IMG/VR virus record: IMGVR_UViG_3300021167_000382
Span: 146,130 to 210,129 of that record
Source of the DNA: a virus
Taxonomy: Duplodnaviria > Caudoviricetes
DNA: 64,000 nucleotides
Direction: 5' to 3' (one strand)
Shown: piece by piece, positions 9,700-20,523 of the stretch
Position numbering within the stretch: the first letter of the stretch is position 1
Layout: the number at the start of each line of letters is the position of its first letter
Notes under the pieces: generated by a model
What the model saw: the letters and a program-made list of their open reading frames with translations, nothing else
Databases searched by the model: none
What the model was told of the DNA's origin: nothing
Position numbers and translations under genes: made by a program

Positions 9700-11868
9700 C
9701 TACTTCTGTTCCTTTCTATAGACGTGACGAATACCGAGGCAGTAGTTGAACTGATTCACGATCTGCAACGGACGAGTGTTGTTGAATTTGATTTTATCCC
9801 GATCAACGAGACAAGGGATACTGGATGGATTCTCCGCTCTCAGGATCTGTCGTGGCATTTCCCTTTGCGTTGCGATGTTACCGTTCCGATCCATGAGTTC
9901 AGCGATGAAGAGTTGACCGCCATAGTTACAGTACAGACGACCTTCCGTTTCACCGATCACCCGGGGTGCAGTGCGCCGCCACGGACGTGTGTGTTTATCC
10001 GGACGATTCATGGCAGTGACAATGCCGAGATTACTATGCTTACCAATGTCAGAGGCAAGCCAGCTATCAGCGATCTTATCCAAGAGCATAATGGAGATCG
10101 GTGCAATACGAATATTGTTCCGAGTCGTGACGGGTTTTCCGCTATGGCCAACGTAAGTCACCGGACCATATGTCATCTTAAAACGAGACGCTACCGTTTT
10201 GGCTAGATCAGGGTCAATCTCCTTGAAGTATTCGAACTCCATCTGCTTCACCATCTCACTATAGGAACCAGTTTTGTTTCCGATTGGGAAATAGTTACGT
10301 AGCATGTTGTTGAAGATATCCAGCAACCAAACCCAGCGCTCATCGACAGTCAAGCGCTCAGTAAATTCTTCAAAGCTATAGATCGACGTCAGCTTGTAAT
10401 AATCCAACATCAGTGCAATAGCGTCATCGATCTTCTCCGCAGGTAATGTCTGGAGTTCTTCCAGCGTTAGTTTACCATTGAAGTTACGAGGAAGTCCAAT
10501 CGCTTCCAACATCTGCTTTCGGACATCACGCGCAGCCGCATTGAAGAATGGGCCATGAAGACGCCCAAGGTTCATGCGGCCAGGTACTGAATCAGGACCA
10601 GTAATGATATCTGCTCGATTCCCATCAGCATCGACTGGCATGTTTTCAGGTTCTTCAATTCTACAAATAACACCCTTTCCTCCGTTAGAACAGGATAATT
10701 TGAACCCTCGGTCAGGCGTGATTTCATACTCTACCACAAACTCGACGCGCCATACATCCAGCGGTTTCTTCTTATGAATCAGCGTCAAGTCGGATTGACC
10801 TTGGCGCGGCTTACCAGCGATCGCCATCGCTTGCACGATAAGATTATGAAGCGGCCGTGTCAGTCGAACGTTGCCACCTTGTCCAAGTTTCCAGCTTTCA
10901 CTAACCTTGGTTTCATAGAAGTTGAGAATCTCCCGGTAGTAATGAAGATACCCTGCTTTGTACTTTTCCAACTGGTGCGTCATCGCTGCAGGTAGACGAC
11001 GTGTGGAGTTTGTAGACTCGATCACGCTAACATCTACTACACGACCTACGCCAGTACGAGCAAAGACAGGTGTGTCGAAGTGGTAATCGATACGTTGAGC
11101 ATCACGAACGCTAGTTAGAGCCGGTGCCAAGACCGGGTCATAACGACGCAATACTGCTAGCAGTCCCGACTCTTTAACATAGTCACCAATGTCTGGAAAT
11201 GGTTTATAGTGATGATCGTCGCCATAGATGTTCAGTGGAAACTCAGATGAACCAAATTCAAAGGTTCGTTTCTCGTAAATCCGAAACTTGAAGAACGGAA
11301 GTGCATCACGAGAAACCACGTAGCCGTCCAGTCCTACATTCGGATGAGACATATAGGCAAGATTCAACATCTTACCATACGTGTAATGGCTATCCCCCTT
11401 CACCGCGGGACTATCTGCAAAGATCGTTCCCTTAGGGATATCTGCACCCGCATTGATCTTGTCAGCTGCAGACTTGATGTCATACTTGAAACCGAAGACC
11501 GGGTCATGGCTACAATAATAAGGAATCGTGAAGCAACCGAATTCACCTGTGGCATGGCTCTGGTAAATGACCAGTGTTTCAGGATTAAAATCCACAGACT
11601 CTTCAGTAACACCACGGGAATACTTCATGATCTTAGCAACGATCGTGCCATCCTCCGGCATTTTAATGCTGAAGGTATACTTCCCCATCTCTTCTTCAAC
11701 CCCAGTTACCGTCTGATTGGGTTCAGAACCATCAATCACAGGACGCTGAGAGAAATGCGAACCAAACATCACGCAGCGCGCAGGTGCATTGTTCATTGCA
11801 TGTGCGTTCATCGATTGAATGGAAAGAATCTCAGGAGTAATTTCAGATACGAAAGCTTGGTCTGACAT
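9700..11868 (-). CDS. Non-virion RNA polymerase beta C-terminal subunit (phiKZ gp71-73-like)
   Basis: GFKLSCSNGGKGVI, MPVDADGNRADII, SVPGRMNLG and RVIGETE motifs of RpoB. Confidence 0.92.
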   Translation of the reverse strand: MSDQAFVSEITPEILSIQSMNAHAMNNAPARCVMFGSHFSQRPVIDGSEPNQTVTGVEEEMGKYTFSIKMPEDGTIVAKIMKYSRGVTEESVDFNPETLVIYQSHATGEFGCFTIPYYCSHDPVFGFKYDIKSAADKINAGADIPKGTIFADSPAVKGDSHYTYGKMLNLAYMSHPNVGLDGYVVSRDALPFFKFRIYEKRTFEFGSSEFPLNIYGDDHHYKPFPDIGDYVKESGLLAVLRRYDPVLAPALTSVRDAQRIDYHFDTPVFARTGVGRVVDVSVIESTNSTRRLPAAMTHQLEKYKAGYLHYYREILNFYETKVSESWKLGQGGNVRLTRPLHNLIVQAMAIAGKPRQGQSDLTLIHKKKPLDVWRVEFVVEYEITPDRGFKLSCSNGGKGVICRIEEPENMPVDADGNRADIITGPDSVPGRMNLGRLHGPFFNAAARDVRKQMLEAIGLPRNFNGKLTLEELQTLPAEKIDDAIALMLDYYKLTSIYSFEEFTERLTVDERWVWLLDIFNNMLRNYFPIGNKTGSYSEMVKQMEFEYFKEIDPDLAKTVASRFKMTYGPVTYVGHSGKPVTTRNNIRIAPISIMLLDKIADSWLASDIGKHSNLGIVTAMNRPDKHTRPWRRTAPRVIGETEGRLYCNYGGQLFIAELMDRNGNIATQREMPRQILRAENPSSIPCLVDRDKIKFNNTRPLQIVNQFNYCLGIRHVYRKEQK

Positions 11869-11955
11869 ATAACAACCTCTTTTGTTTTAGGTTTATGAAT
11901 TCCTACTGCCAAGTAAGATATATGTGATCGAATTGACCCTTGAAGGAGTTTTGTT

Positions 11956-12288
11956 GTGAGTTTACTTGAAGACATTAATACGCCGGATGATATTGTAAAA
12001 GATCCGGATTACTACGAAGTTCTGGAGAGTCACCTTAGTTTCATGAAGACTCACCGCAGCACAAAGACCATTTCGATTGGATTGGATCAAGCTGCTATTT
12101 ATAAAGGAGATTTCTACGGACTACTGAATTCGCTACATGTGGATAAAAAATATCATTATCCTATTATGCGAGTCAACGGTCTTCTTTCTTCATCTGACTA
12201 TGACGGTATTTTGTCAGAGATCATTCAGCCAAGCGAAGAAGTGATCAATGACATTACAACGATTTATCTTTCGGTAGAAGTAAAGTAA
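11956..12288 (+). CDS. Hypothetical protein, possible LysM-like baseplate protein
   Basis: 110-aa ORF with GGAG RBS; GDFYGLL...IMRVNGL pattern. Confidence 0.5.
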   Translation: MSLLEDINTPDDIVKDPDYYEVLESHLSFMKTHRSTKTISIGLDQAAIYKGDFYGLLNSLHVDKKYHYPIMRVNGLLSSSDYDGILSEIIQPSEEVINDITTIYLSVEVK

Positions 12289-12296
12289 AAAAGAAG

Positions 12297-12328
12297 ACAC
12301 AGGTGAGGGCAACTGCCCTCACCTGTGT
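12297..12328. terminator. Terminator hairpin between convergent genes
   Basis: acacaggtgagggca-ac-tgccctcacctgtgt, 15-bp stem. Confidence 0.75.
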
Positions 12329-12336
12329 TATGTTAG

Positions 12337-13761
12337 TTAAACGCCTTGGATACCAGGCATGATAGGCCGCCCGTAGGCATCGTACTGCATTTGCTGATTC
12401 ATCATTGGCTGCATCATGGTCTGCTGCATACCTACCGGTCTGCCCCATGGATCAACTGGCATACCCATATTAGGATACATACCAGGCATCATGTTCGGTG
12501 CCATACCGACCATGGCTGCCATAGACGGCGAGTTCATCATTGCCGCTTGCTGCGCCATCTGGTACATCTGCTGCTGTTGCTGCGTTATAGGTGAACTAAA
12601 TGCTTGAGGCATGGCTGTCATCGGACTAGATTGAACCAAGCTATCGAAGCTAACCTTCCCATCGGCATTATGCTTAACAGGCACAGGAGCCTGCATCTGG
12701 CCAGGTCCGTAGCCAGGATACTGAGGCTGTAGCGGTTGAACCGCGTCGCCGTAGATGGGTGTAGTTTGGGTAGATTGGACCGGATGCCGGCGTTCAACGA
12801 ATTGCTGTTCCTGCACAGGTGCTGGTACAGGTGCCGGGTTCAATGCAGTGGCAGTCACCATCGGTACACTTTGCTTCACAGGTGCAGGTTTGGTATCAGG
12901 TTCTCCTTCATTGCCGCGTTGGGAAGGGATCATCATAATCTCCTTCTTATAGCTGTCCAAGTTATCAAACTCATCGACCCATTCCAGGTTAAAGTCGATC
13001 ACGTTTTCGTTGTTGATGAACTTTCCATAGAGCGACCAGAGTTCATTCAGACGACCAGCGATATTAATCGATGTCCGTAGTAGACAATCCAGCCATGGAC
13101 AATCCGTGCTATCGCTGTAACTGTTATAGGCTTCGCCATCCGCCTGACCAGGGAAAATGAAGTCCAGAAGCTGAACCACTTTCTTCCAATCTTTCTCCTT
13201 GAACTTCTGGAAGCCAGCTGGAACATCTGTTGAAGCTGGAAACGAGACCACGCCGACACGCGCATGGCGTTCACCTTGGAAAGTGCCGCTCTTCTTGGTG
13301 TAGATATTCACAAAGAGCGCATCCGGCGTTTCAGCGAAGGCAGCAGTGGATGCAGCCATGAACTTTCCACGAAAGACTTCATCGACTTCGCCTACTGACT
13401 TGATCAGTTCCCGCTGCTGCGGATTCATCTTGGCATGAAGCGCTGGCGTACTAAGGATCTCCATCAAACCGTCCAACATAGACAAGGTCGAAAGATTCAG
13501 ACGGACATTCACCACACGACGCAGTTTGCGAACCACATCGGACTCGCCTCGATTGATGAACTCCTGTAGCGGGTGGAAAATGATTTCCTTAGTGGAGTCA
13601 AAGTTCTTCAACGAAGCGTCATACGGGAATTTCAACAACTTCCCATCGATATCTGCCGGAAACTCTCGGCCATTCAGTGAAACAAACATATTACCGTCAT
13701 CGGCAACGGTGAAGCCTGCGAAATCCAGGATGTTCTTATAGAGAGTGTGAAGCTTGTTCAA
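12337..13761 (-). CDS. Conserved nvRNAP-block protein (phiKZ gp70 position) with Q/M/P-rich tail
   Basis: 474-aa ORF; synteny; low-complexity C-terminus. Confidence 0.6.
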   Translation of the reverse strand: MNKLHTLYKNILDFAGFTVADDGNMFVSLNGREFPADIDGKLLKFPYDASLKNFDSTKEIIFHPLQEFINRGESDVVRKLRRVVNVRLNLSTLSMLDGLMEILSTPALHAKMNPQQRELIKSVGEVDEVFRGKFMAASTAAFAETPDALFVNIYTKKSGTFQGERHARVGVVSFPASTDVPAGFQKFKEKDWKKVVQLLDFIFPGQADGEAYNSYSDSTDCPWLDCLLRTSINIAGRLNELWSLYGKFINNENVIDFNLEWVDEFDNLDSYKKEIMMIPSQRGNEGEPDTKPAPVKQSVPMVTATALNPAPVPAPVQEQQFVERRHPVQSTQTTPIYGDAVQPLQPQYPGYGPGQMQAPVPVKHNADGKVSFDSLVQSSPMTAMPQAFSSPITQQQQQMYQMAQQAAMMNSPSMAAMVGMAPNMMPGMYPNMGMPVDPWGRPVGMQQTMMQPMMNQQMQYDAYGRPIMPGIQGV

Positions 13762-13772
13762 GATCCTGCTCC

Positions 13773-15242
13773 TTAAACGGTTTGAATAAAGTTGCTCATC
13801 ACGGGCTTATTGATCCCGACATAGTTCAGGATTTCTTCGACACCGGTGATTAAGCTGTTATAATTAGTCCGATCGACAGTCATCGTAGACTGAAGCAAAC
13901 TATCTGCAAAGCTGGGATACGCGAACGGAATACCAGGTCGTCCATCGATAGAGACCGTTACATGCGTCTCGTTGTAAATATCCGCACTCACTGTGATAGC
14001 GACAGGGATCAGATTGTTAGCTGTCAGATCAGGCATCACTTCAGTCGCAAAACGTGAGGTGAAGAGCGTGTAAGCGGAGACCGGATCAGACGTACTGAAG
14101 GAGATCCCAGGTGCGGTCATCTCAACGCTGATCTGGTTACCGATAGTGATGTTTGTTGCGAAGAAATGCGCTGTAACCAAACCGGACGCCTGCATCAGTG
14201 ATGCGGTTGAATTGGCAACCATGTAGGCAATCTGAGTTTGCTTATCCGCAGCACCCCAGTCAGACGTCATACCTACCGAGTGAACCATCGCATTACTTTC
14301 CAGAGGACTGTAGTAGACTCGCTGCTGCATGGTCGGATCGATCCGTGCCAGCTCTTCCAACGTGAACCAAGCGGACGCAGAGATACCGTTATTTTGAAGT
14401 TGTGACAATGCGGCGATGAATGCATTATCCATAGGGCTCTTTTCATGGAGCTTCTGAATAGCGCGATCGTAGACATTTTCATTACCTTGTCCAAAGTCAA
14501 CTAGTGTTTCCGCTTCCCGCCAGGTATTGATCAGTCCGGACATCATAGTGCACGGAATGGCGTTGTTACGATTATTGCTGAAGGTCTTATCAACCAAACC
14601 AATACGCGTATCAGTCAACGGCATCGATGTATCGCTAATGCCTTGACTGAGATAGCTGGACTGCACCCCGATGAACAAATCTTCAGGACGAATACCATAC
14701 AGCTGCGAGGCATTGTTAGCGCCGTACATACCGTTCAGTACCTGCCTGGATTCCAAAACGCGATCAATGTAACCACCGACGGGATTCGTCGGATCAGTCA
14801 TCCGCGATACCCGAGTATAGCTGTTAATAAAGAAGACGAGCTTCGGATTGATGTTGTTGCCATGACTCACGTCGAAGTATTCCGAATACCCCTGAAGATA
14901 ACAGAGTTCTTCAGCAAAACCAGTTTGAATCGACACTGTCATGGTGAAACGGAAGCGGCGTTCATTCCAGCCGTTTACGATACCGGTAGGTTGGTCAGGC
15001 GTGGCTGAAACGGTGATCAGTCCATCAGACATACCAGAAACCAGATCATTATCGATGCGACCAACTGAGTTACGATGAATAGTTCCTTCAATCCGACGTG
15101 ATAGCGATTCAAGCGCATCATGACGAATGATGGCTTCGTAAGGACGGTGGAACTGCTGATTAAATGTTCCCGTTTCCTGCAACCGAAGTTCAACAATATT
15201 GATCTTGGTGCTACGAGAGTACATGTTATTAAACAAAGTCAT
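13773..15242 (-). CDS. Probable phage-nucleus import factor PicA/Imp1 (phiKZ gp69-like)
   Basis: Position directly downstream of the gp68-like subunit; ETGTFNQQFHRPY and IVNGWNERRFRF segments resemble this family. Confidence 0.6.
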   Translation of the reverse strand: MTLFNNMYSRSTKINIVELRLQETGTFNQQFHRPYEAIIRHDALESLSRRIEGTIHRNSVGRIDNDLVSGMSDGLITVSATPDQPTGIVNGWNERRFRFTMTVSIQTGFAEELCYLQGYSEYFDVSHGNNINPKLVFFINSYTRVSRMTDPTNPVGGYIDRVLESRQVLNGMYGANNASQLYGIRPEDLFIGVQSSYLSQGISDTSMPLTDTRIGLVDKTFSNNRNNAIPCTMMSGLINTWREAETLVDFGQGNENVYDRAIQKLHEKSPMDNAFIAALSQLQNNGISASAWFTLEELARIDPTMQQRVYYSPLESNAMVHSVGMTSDWGAADKQTQIAYMVANSTASLMQASGLVTAHFFATNITIGNQISVEMTAPGISFSTSDPVSAYTLFTSRFATEVMPDLTANNLIPVAITVSADIYNETHVTVSIDGRPGIPFAYPSFADSLLQSTMTVDRTNYNSLITGVEEILNYVGINKPVMSNFIQTV

Positions 15243-15280
15243 TCCCCTTGAATAAGTGTGAACCTAAAAATACAGAAACC

Positions 15281-16846
15281 TTAAACCGCTTGGATCTGGT
15301 TTGATGAGATACTGCGTTGTGCGTGCCGTTCTTCGATTGAAATGATCAACCGAGCAAGGATATTCTTGATATCCGAAAACACCGTAATCTTGCGGCGGAT
15401 TTCCCCAAAGACTTGCTGTAGACGATCTTCGGAAGCCGTTGCTCGATAGGCGTGGAAAGTGAGATAGTCAACCATGTGGTCGATAGACAGTACGACAGGG
15501 TGTGGTTGAATGATCTCATCACCTTTCCGAATAGTTGACCATTCATACGGGTAATAGACTTTCAACTGGTCAATCAAACTCTGATCGATCTGTTCCCTGC
15601 TCGAGATATTACCGACTGTTACTTCTTCCACATCGACGATCGCGTGTGCTGTAATGATCAAAGCGAGATAGTGATATCCCCATTTCCATAGCACCGCTTC
15701 CAATGCACCGAGTAAGTTGATGATATGCTGCTGTGAGACATAGTGCAGCGCATGAGGGGTGATCTGATCTTTAATCATTTCACCGGCTAGAACAGTCTGT
15801 GCATCCGTGATCAGCGTACCTTTCAAGGATTGAGCCGTCTGTATCGAAAACTGTATCTCTTCTTCCGTCAGCGTTGGCTCAAGACGCTGCGCGATACCGA
15901 CCACATCACTCAGTGCATACTCGAGCTCAGCGATCTCACCCAAACTAAGTTCCGTTCGTTTCCGATAGGTCTCCAGAATGGAATGCTTCCCTGAGTCAGC
16001 ACCGCCAGCGTCATCACGAAGATTCTCTTTCTTGAGCATCACGTCCGATTCAGGCTGGTTGAAGGTCTTCTGCGCCATGAACTTGAAGATCGTGGCCACC
16101 AGCTGAGTCTTATTGTCGATGCCACGCAGGTCACCCAGACAAAGCCGTTTCACACAGACGAGCGACAGAAAGAGAAAACCCATGTCCTCGCTAGAGAAAC
16201 TATCCAGGATCTTTCCATAGTCGATGTCGTCTGAGTTGACAGCCGCGTCAATATAGACACGAAGGCGATTCATCGCGACACATTCCAGGATACCCGTACC
16301 GTTCAGGAGCTGCATCGCAATAAACTCTTTACGATTCATCTCACTGTTCTTCCGGATGGATTCGATATACTGACCCCAGATCGGTAACACTGTACGAAGA
16401 AACATTGACAGCGTTAACAAAGGAAAGTAGTCCATCCGTGTGTAAGTCTTTTCCTTAGTGAACATATTCTCGCTTGGATCAGGCGGAAGTTCCTTAACTG
16501 AATCCGGTACGCAGATCGTTGGATTGGAAGCCAGCCAGAATTCCAAATTATCCAACGGATGAAGCTGAAGGAGACGACGAATGCAGTTGTTCAGAATGGT
16601 GTAAACAACTTTGGTATCGTCAATGATATCGAAAGCTGCATCAGCATCCTTATAGACTTCGAAGATTTCGTCTTGACGCTGCATCGGGAGTCCGGCCCAA
16701 TACGCATTGATCTGCTCGAAGACATCGAAGCCACTGCCACAGAGTGACTTACGGGTGAAGACATTGGCAAGGAAGATAAGCTTGTGGCCTGCGTGTTCCA
16801 CGACTACTTCCAGCTTTTGCTTCAAATCATTGGGATATATTTTCAA
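15281..16846 (-). CDS. nvRNAP promoter-specificity (sigma-like) subunit (phiKZ gp68-like)
   Basis: 521 aa; FEQINAYW and EKTYTRMDY..L..LS..LR..LPIWGQYI segments; synteny. Confidence 0.7.
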   Translation of the reverse strand: MKIYPNDLKQKLEVVVEHAGHKLIFLANVFTRKSLCGSGFDVFEQINAYWAGLPMQRQDEIFEVYKDADAAFDIIDDTKVVYTILNNCIRRLLQLHPLDNLEFWLASNPTICVPDSVKELPPDPSENMFTKEKTYTRMDYFPLLTLSMFLRTVLPIWGQYIESIRKNSEMNRKEFIAMQLLNGTGILECVAMNRLRVYIDAAVNSDDIDYGKILDSFSSEDMGFLFLSLVCVKRLCLGDLRGIDNKTQLVATIFKFMAQKTFNQPESDVMLKKENLRDDAGGADSGKHSILETYRKRTELSLGEIAELEYALSDVVGIAQRLEPTLTEEEIQFSIQTAQSLKGTLITDAQTVLAGEMIKDQITPHALHYVSQQHIINLLGALEAVLWKWGYHYLALIITAHAIVDVEEVTVGNISSREQIDQSLIDQLKVYYPYEWSTIRKGDEIIQPHPVVLSIDHMVDYLTFHAYRATASEDRLQQVFGEIRRKITVFSDIKNILARLIISIEERHAQRSISSNQIQAV

Positions 16847-16958
16847 GACTTTCTCCTTATTTTAGAAATGCTAGGCGATCCTAGGTCAAGTAAGATATAT
16901 ATGACCAAACAACACTCAGACACAGGCCGAGGGAGCCTGTGTCTGAGTCATGTATTCG

Positions 16959-17639
16959 TTAAAACGAGATATCCGTGCTGACGTCGAACCCCGGTGCACC
17001 TGGGGCATCGATTCCTTTCCCACCCTTACGCTTGCTGGGGTCAGGTTGCCAAGCCGGTTTAAGACGTGCTGTCCAGCGATCCATCGCACGACGCACACTT
17101 TCAATCAATGCCAGCGCATTACGCTTAGACATGTCTTCCTGAGAAACCTGGGACCCATCGCCATGTTTGAACACGTGCCAGATCGAAGGAAGGATCTTGA
17201 ATGCAATATTCAAAGCATCCTTCTGCTGGATACCAAGCCAAACGATGCCTTCTTCCGTCTTGCCGAAAACAAGGGAGTTCTTCGGGACCTTGTTCACGGT
17301 GTCACGATTAGTCTTGCGATCCATCTGAACAGTCGGGTCCGGTTGAAGATTTACGATCTCACGTTTCTGAGGACCGTTCGCTAGCACGACTTCCTTGAAT
17401 TCATTCAGGAACTGTTCAAAGATAACAGGCGCCATCCCTGCAACCAGTACCGCAGGACCACTTTCTGCATTGGTGAAAACGGTGATACGCGGTGCACCGT
17501 TACGTTCACCAAACGTGAGACGACTACGGAAGCCAGGCCGATTCGGGGTATCGACCCACAATGTGTATTGTTCGAGGTCGTGGAGCTTTGCCTCTTGTTG
17601 AGGACGGCTGAATACTTCAGCGATATTCGGGTCAGTCAC
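16959..17639 (-). CDS. Probable ChmC-like single-stranded nucleic-acid-binding protein (phiKZ gp67 position)
   Basis: 226 aa directly upstream of the gp68-like gene; flexible Gly-rich tail ending DISF. Confidence 0.55.
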   Translation of the reverse strand: MTDPNIAEVFSRPQQEAKLHDLEQYTLWVDTPNRPGFRSRLTFGERNGAPRITVFTNAESGPAVLVAGMAPVIFEQFLNEFKEVVLANGPQKREIVNLQPDPTVQMDRKTNRDTVNKVPKNSLVFGKTEEGIVWLGIQQKDALNIAFKILPSIWHVFKHGDGSQVSQEDMSKRNALALIESVRRAMDRWTARLKPAWQPDPSKRKGGKGIDAPGAPGFDVSTDISF

Positions 17640-17950
17640 GATTTACTCCTTAAAGGGTGGTTTTGTTGTTTCATTTGCTTGACACTCTATTGAAAGGGAA
17701 GAAGTTTTTCTTCTGTGGGTAAATTTAATTATATTCTTCTGATGAGGTGAACTAGGGAAGATTCTCTGATACCTAAATACATATATTTATATATATGTAT
17801 ATATAGTAGATAAAATCCTGTGATGTGTGGCGTGATGTTTTGATTATTCAGGATAAAAAGGAACAGGAGTTTATCTTTTGTTAGTAGTACCGTATTAACC
17901 AAGACACCATGACACAGACAGAGGCAGATGCCTCTGTCTGTGTTTGATCG

Positions 17951-18829
17951 TTAGTTGTAGCTACGAAGCATGGCGGCGACAGCGGGGTCAAGGATCGATA
18001 TCTGAAGATCCAAGTTGATTTTCTCCATTCCCGTAAGCGGCGTCCAGTTCTTTCGTTTAGAAACCTCATAGACTTGGTTCCGTACGTTCATTGGACCAGG
18101 TTTGATTTCAGTCTTATCACCAAACACGAAGAGAAGCTTTCGGCAGAAAGGAAGATGGCTGAGATCGTGTTCACCGAGTGGATGGTACTTGGATGACCAG
18201 GCATACCGAGGTTTCAGTACGCCAGTGTTTGATTCCAGTAGATCAATCTGCTTGAACTTCCCATAGTGGATCAGGTCATACGGGTGATGTGTTATCACTA
18301 GAGCACGTTCATAACTCGCAGCCTCCAGTGAGTCTTTAAACTTCAGGATTGAATCCGTGAAGGTGTCGAGTGCATTCAGACACTTGACTTCTTGTGCATG
18401 AAAGAACTTTTGATTGTCTGTATTCGCTTCACGTAATTTCACGCCTACCAAACGACCACTACTGACCATAGAACGTAGGTCACTATGATCTGCACGATAG
18501 AATTTCGCTACACAGCCCTGACCTTCAGAGTCGAAGAGACCTTGAATAACGCCGATCTCCTCGATCAGAGTAGCGATCAGGTCATTCACACTGGCCGTGT
18601 TGAAGAGATTCTTGTCCAACGCACCAACCATATTACGGTAGAGTGTCTGAAGGTTGATATAGCAGGTATCGTAATCTGCCGGATTAACTTTATTCGGAAC
18701 CTTTCGATCGGGGTCAAAAGGCTTCTGCATCGGTTCGAATATAGATTCTAGGGCAAGCGATGTCCCGATGGATAGCGGAAAAGCACTGACCATCCGTTCT
18801 GCAAGAGAAATACCACTAAGAAAGTCCAC
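17951..18829 (-). CDS. Conserved jumbo-phage core protein (possible PIN/5'-nuclease-like fold)
   Basis: FPLSIGTSLALES, INLQTLYRN, ITHHPYDL, LLESNTG and LLFVFGD segments; synteny. Confidence 0.55.
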   Translation of the reverse strand: MDFLSGISLAERMVSAFPLSIGTSLALESIFEPMQKPFDPDRKVPNKVNPADYDTCYINLQTLYRNMVGALDKNLFNTASVNDLIATLIEEIGVIQGLFDSEGQGCVAKFYRADHSDLRSMVSSGRLVGVKLREANTDNQKFFHAQEVKCLNALDTFTDSILKFKDSLEAASYERALVITHHPYDLIHYGKFKQIDLLESNTGVLKPRYAWSSKYHPLGEHDLSHLPFCRKLLFVFGDKTEIKPGPMNVRNQVYEVSKRKNWTPLTGMEKINLDLQISILDPAVAAMLRSYN

Positions 18830-18844
18830 TTAAGACTCCTTCAC

Positions 18845-19105
18845 TTAAATACGAGGAACAAGACCAACAAGCTTAAGCAAGTGATCGTACCATTCCCCTG
18901 TATGGAGATTAATCCAGGAAGCCAGGTCATCCCAACTACTAGGACGAGGGTGACTTTGTGCACAGTCACAGGAAGAATCGTAATAGATTTCTCCACGACT
19001 AACGATATAGCCAACTGGCGCATCACAGACTCCACACCGATGGTGAGGTATCCAGGTGATGTCCTTAGCTAGAACGGATAGCTTAACTTCTTCCGCTGTT
19101 ACCAT
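18845..19105 (-). CDS. Small Cys-rich hypothetical protein
   Basis: 86 aa with CxxC and CxC. Confidence 0.55.
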   Translation of the reverse strand: MVTAEEVKLSVLAKDITWIPHHRCGVCDAPVGYIVSRGEIYYDSSCDCAQSHPRPSSWDDLASWINLHTGEWYDHLLKLVGLVPRI

Positions 19106-19123
19106 ACTACCACCTACTGTTAA

Positions 19124-20404
19124 TTAGTCATCGTAGCTTCGTAGACTGAGTTCCGCGTTGATGGATTCCTTCAGCGAACCAGGAAAGTCAGATTCACTAG
19201 TTGACATGGTGTCCCTAGCAACAAGAAGCTGAGGTATCGATAGTTCGGATAGTGTTAGCCACTTTCCGGATACATTTCCATCCTTCATGTGTTTGAAATG
19301 AAACTCCCAGTGCCCGTTCTCATGGCGGAAATAGAAGTCATGATCAAAATACGGTACCGAGTCAGTACCAGTGGATGGTGGTTGTTGTGTAGCCGGAATG
19401 ACACAGACCTCAGCTGCCTCTAGGAAAAACGGATCTTGTTTCGACATCAGTCGTTTATCACAATTGATCTTTGTTAGTTTCCGCATAGCGTGGTCAAGTA
19501 CACGTTGGATATCGATGTCCTTGGCTTGAACCATGTAACTGACAGCTGCAAAGAGATCGCCAATTTCAACTTCAAGATTATCAATCTCGATGGCGTATTC
19601 ATTGACCTCACCGAAACGATCGATCTTACACAAGCTCTTAATCACCTCAGAGCACTCTTCAGTGAGTAATGTGCGACGTTCTTCTTTTGCTTTTTCGATG
19701 CAGAAAGGAATTCTAGGCATGAACGTGGTAAATTCCCCAGGCTTCCAGTTATACTGTTGTAAATAGTGACCCTGGTTTCGGCTTTCCTGAACAACTATTA
19801 ATGCCCTATGTGTAATTTCAACATCTGCTGATCCTGACCTAAAAGGTTCCAATGCGGCTAGAACTTGAGTTAGAATATCCTCAGGAATCTCTGTTAAAAT
19901 AGCCCAATCGCTACTATTCAAGCGATAGAGCCATCCTGGCGTTGAAAAGTCAATTTCTACTCGACCTTCTTGAAGATAGATCGTGATCCCATTTTCGATC
20001 GTTTCGATGGTTCCGGGTTTCTTTTGTTGTTTCATGATTTCTCCCTTTTCAAAGTTATGAATCTCACCTGAGTTATGAATAGATAATTTTTCTATCTCCG
20101 TCCAATCACCGGTTGAAGATAAATGAAATCGTTTCCAAAGAATTCGTTTCAGTTCCTTATCGAATTCCAACAGAATGTGTTTGTCAGTATCGAGCTTATC
20201 GGACTGAATATTTTCAGCGATTGCCAGGGAAAAACTTTGAATGGAAAATGAGTCAAAAGTTTCGACAGGTATAAACCCATCGCCTTCTATAAGCTGAACA
20301 CCCCATCCAGTTACACCGTTGTAGATAGTAACATAGCTATGTTCGCTGAGATATAGCTTGGTCGCCAGCTTAGCGTTTTCCGTATTTTCAATAGCATCAG
20401 GCAT
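19124..20404 (-). CDS. Protein with MazG-like NTP pyrophosphohydrolase domain
   Basis: EECSEVIKSLCK...LEVEIGDL motif. Confidence 0.65.
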   Translation of the reverse strand: MPDAIENTENAKLATKLYLSEHSYVTIYNGVTGWGVQLIEGDGFIPVETFDSFSIQSFSLAIAENIQSDKLDTDKHILLEFDKELKRILWKRFHLSSTGDWTEIEKLSIHNSGEIHNFEKGEIMKQQKKPGTIETIENGITIYLQEGRVEIDFSTPGWLYRLNSSDWAILTEIPEDILTQVLAALEPFRSGSADVEITHRALIVVQESRNQGHYLQQYNWKPGEFTTFMPRIPFCIEKAKEERRTLLTEECSEVIKSLCKIDRFGEVNEYAIEIDNLEVEIGDLFAAVSYMVQAKDIDIQRVLDHAMRKLTKINCDKRLMSKQDPFFLEAAEVCVIPATQQPPSTGTDSVPYFDHDFYFRHENGHWEFHFKHMKDGNVSGKWLTLSELSIPQLLVARDTMSTSESDFPGSLKESINAELSLRSYDD

Positions 20405-20471
20405 AATGACTACTCCTTAGATAGGTTTAACATATAAATACTGCTAGCTCAATTAAAATATACATGACCAT

Positions 20472-20509
20472 AGTGAGTCTAGAGAGGGACGTCCCTCTCT
20501 AGACTCACT
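20472..20509. repeat. 38-bp perfect palindrome / terminator
   Basis: agtgagtctagagagggac|gtccctctctagactcact; near-copy of the core at ~21033-21063. Confidence 0.8.
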
Positions 20510-20523
20510 GGAGATAGAGCTAT

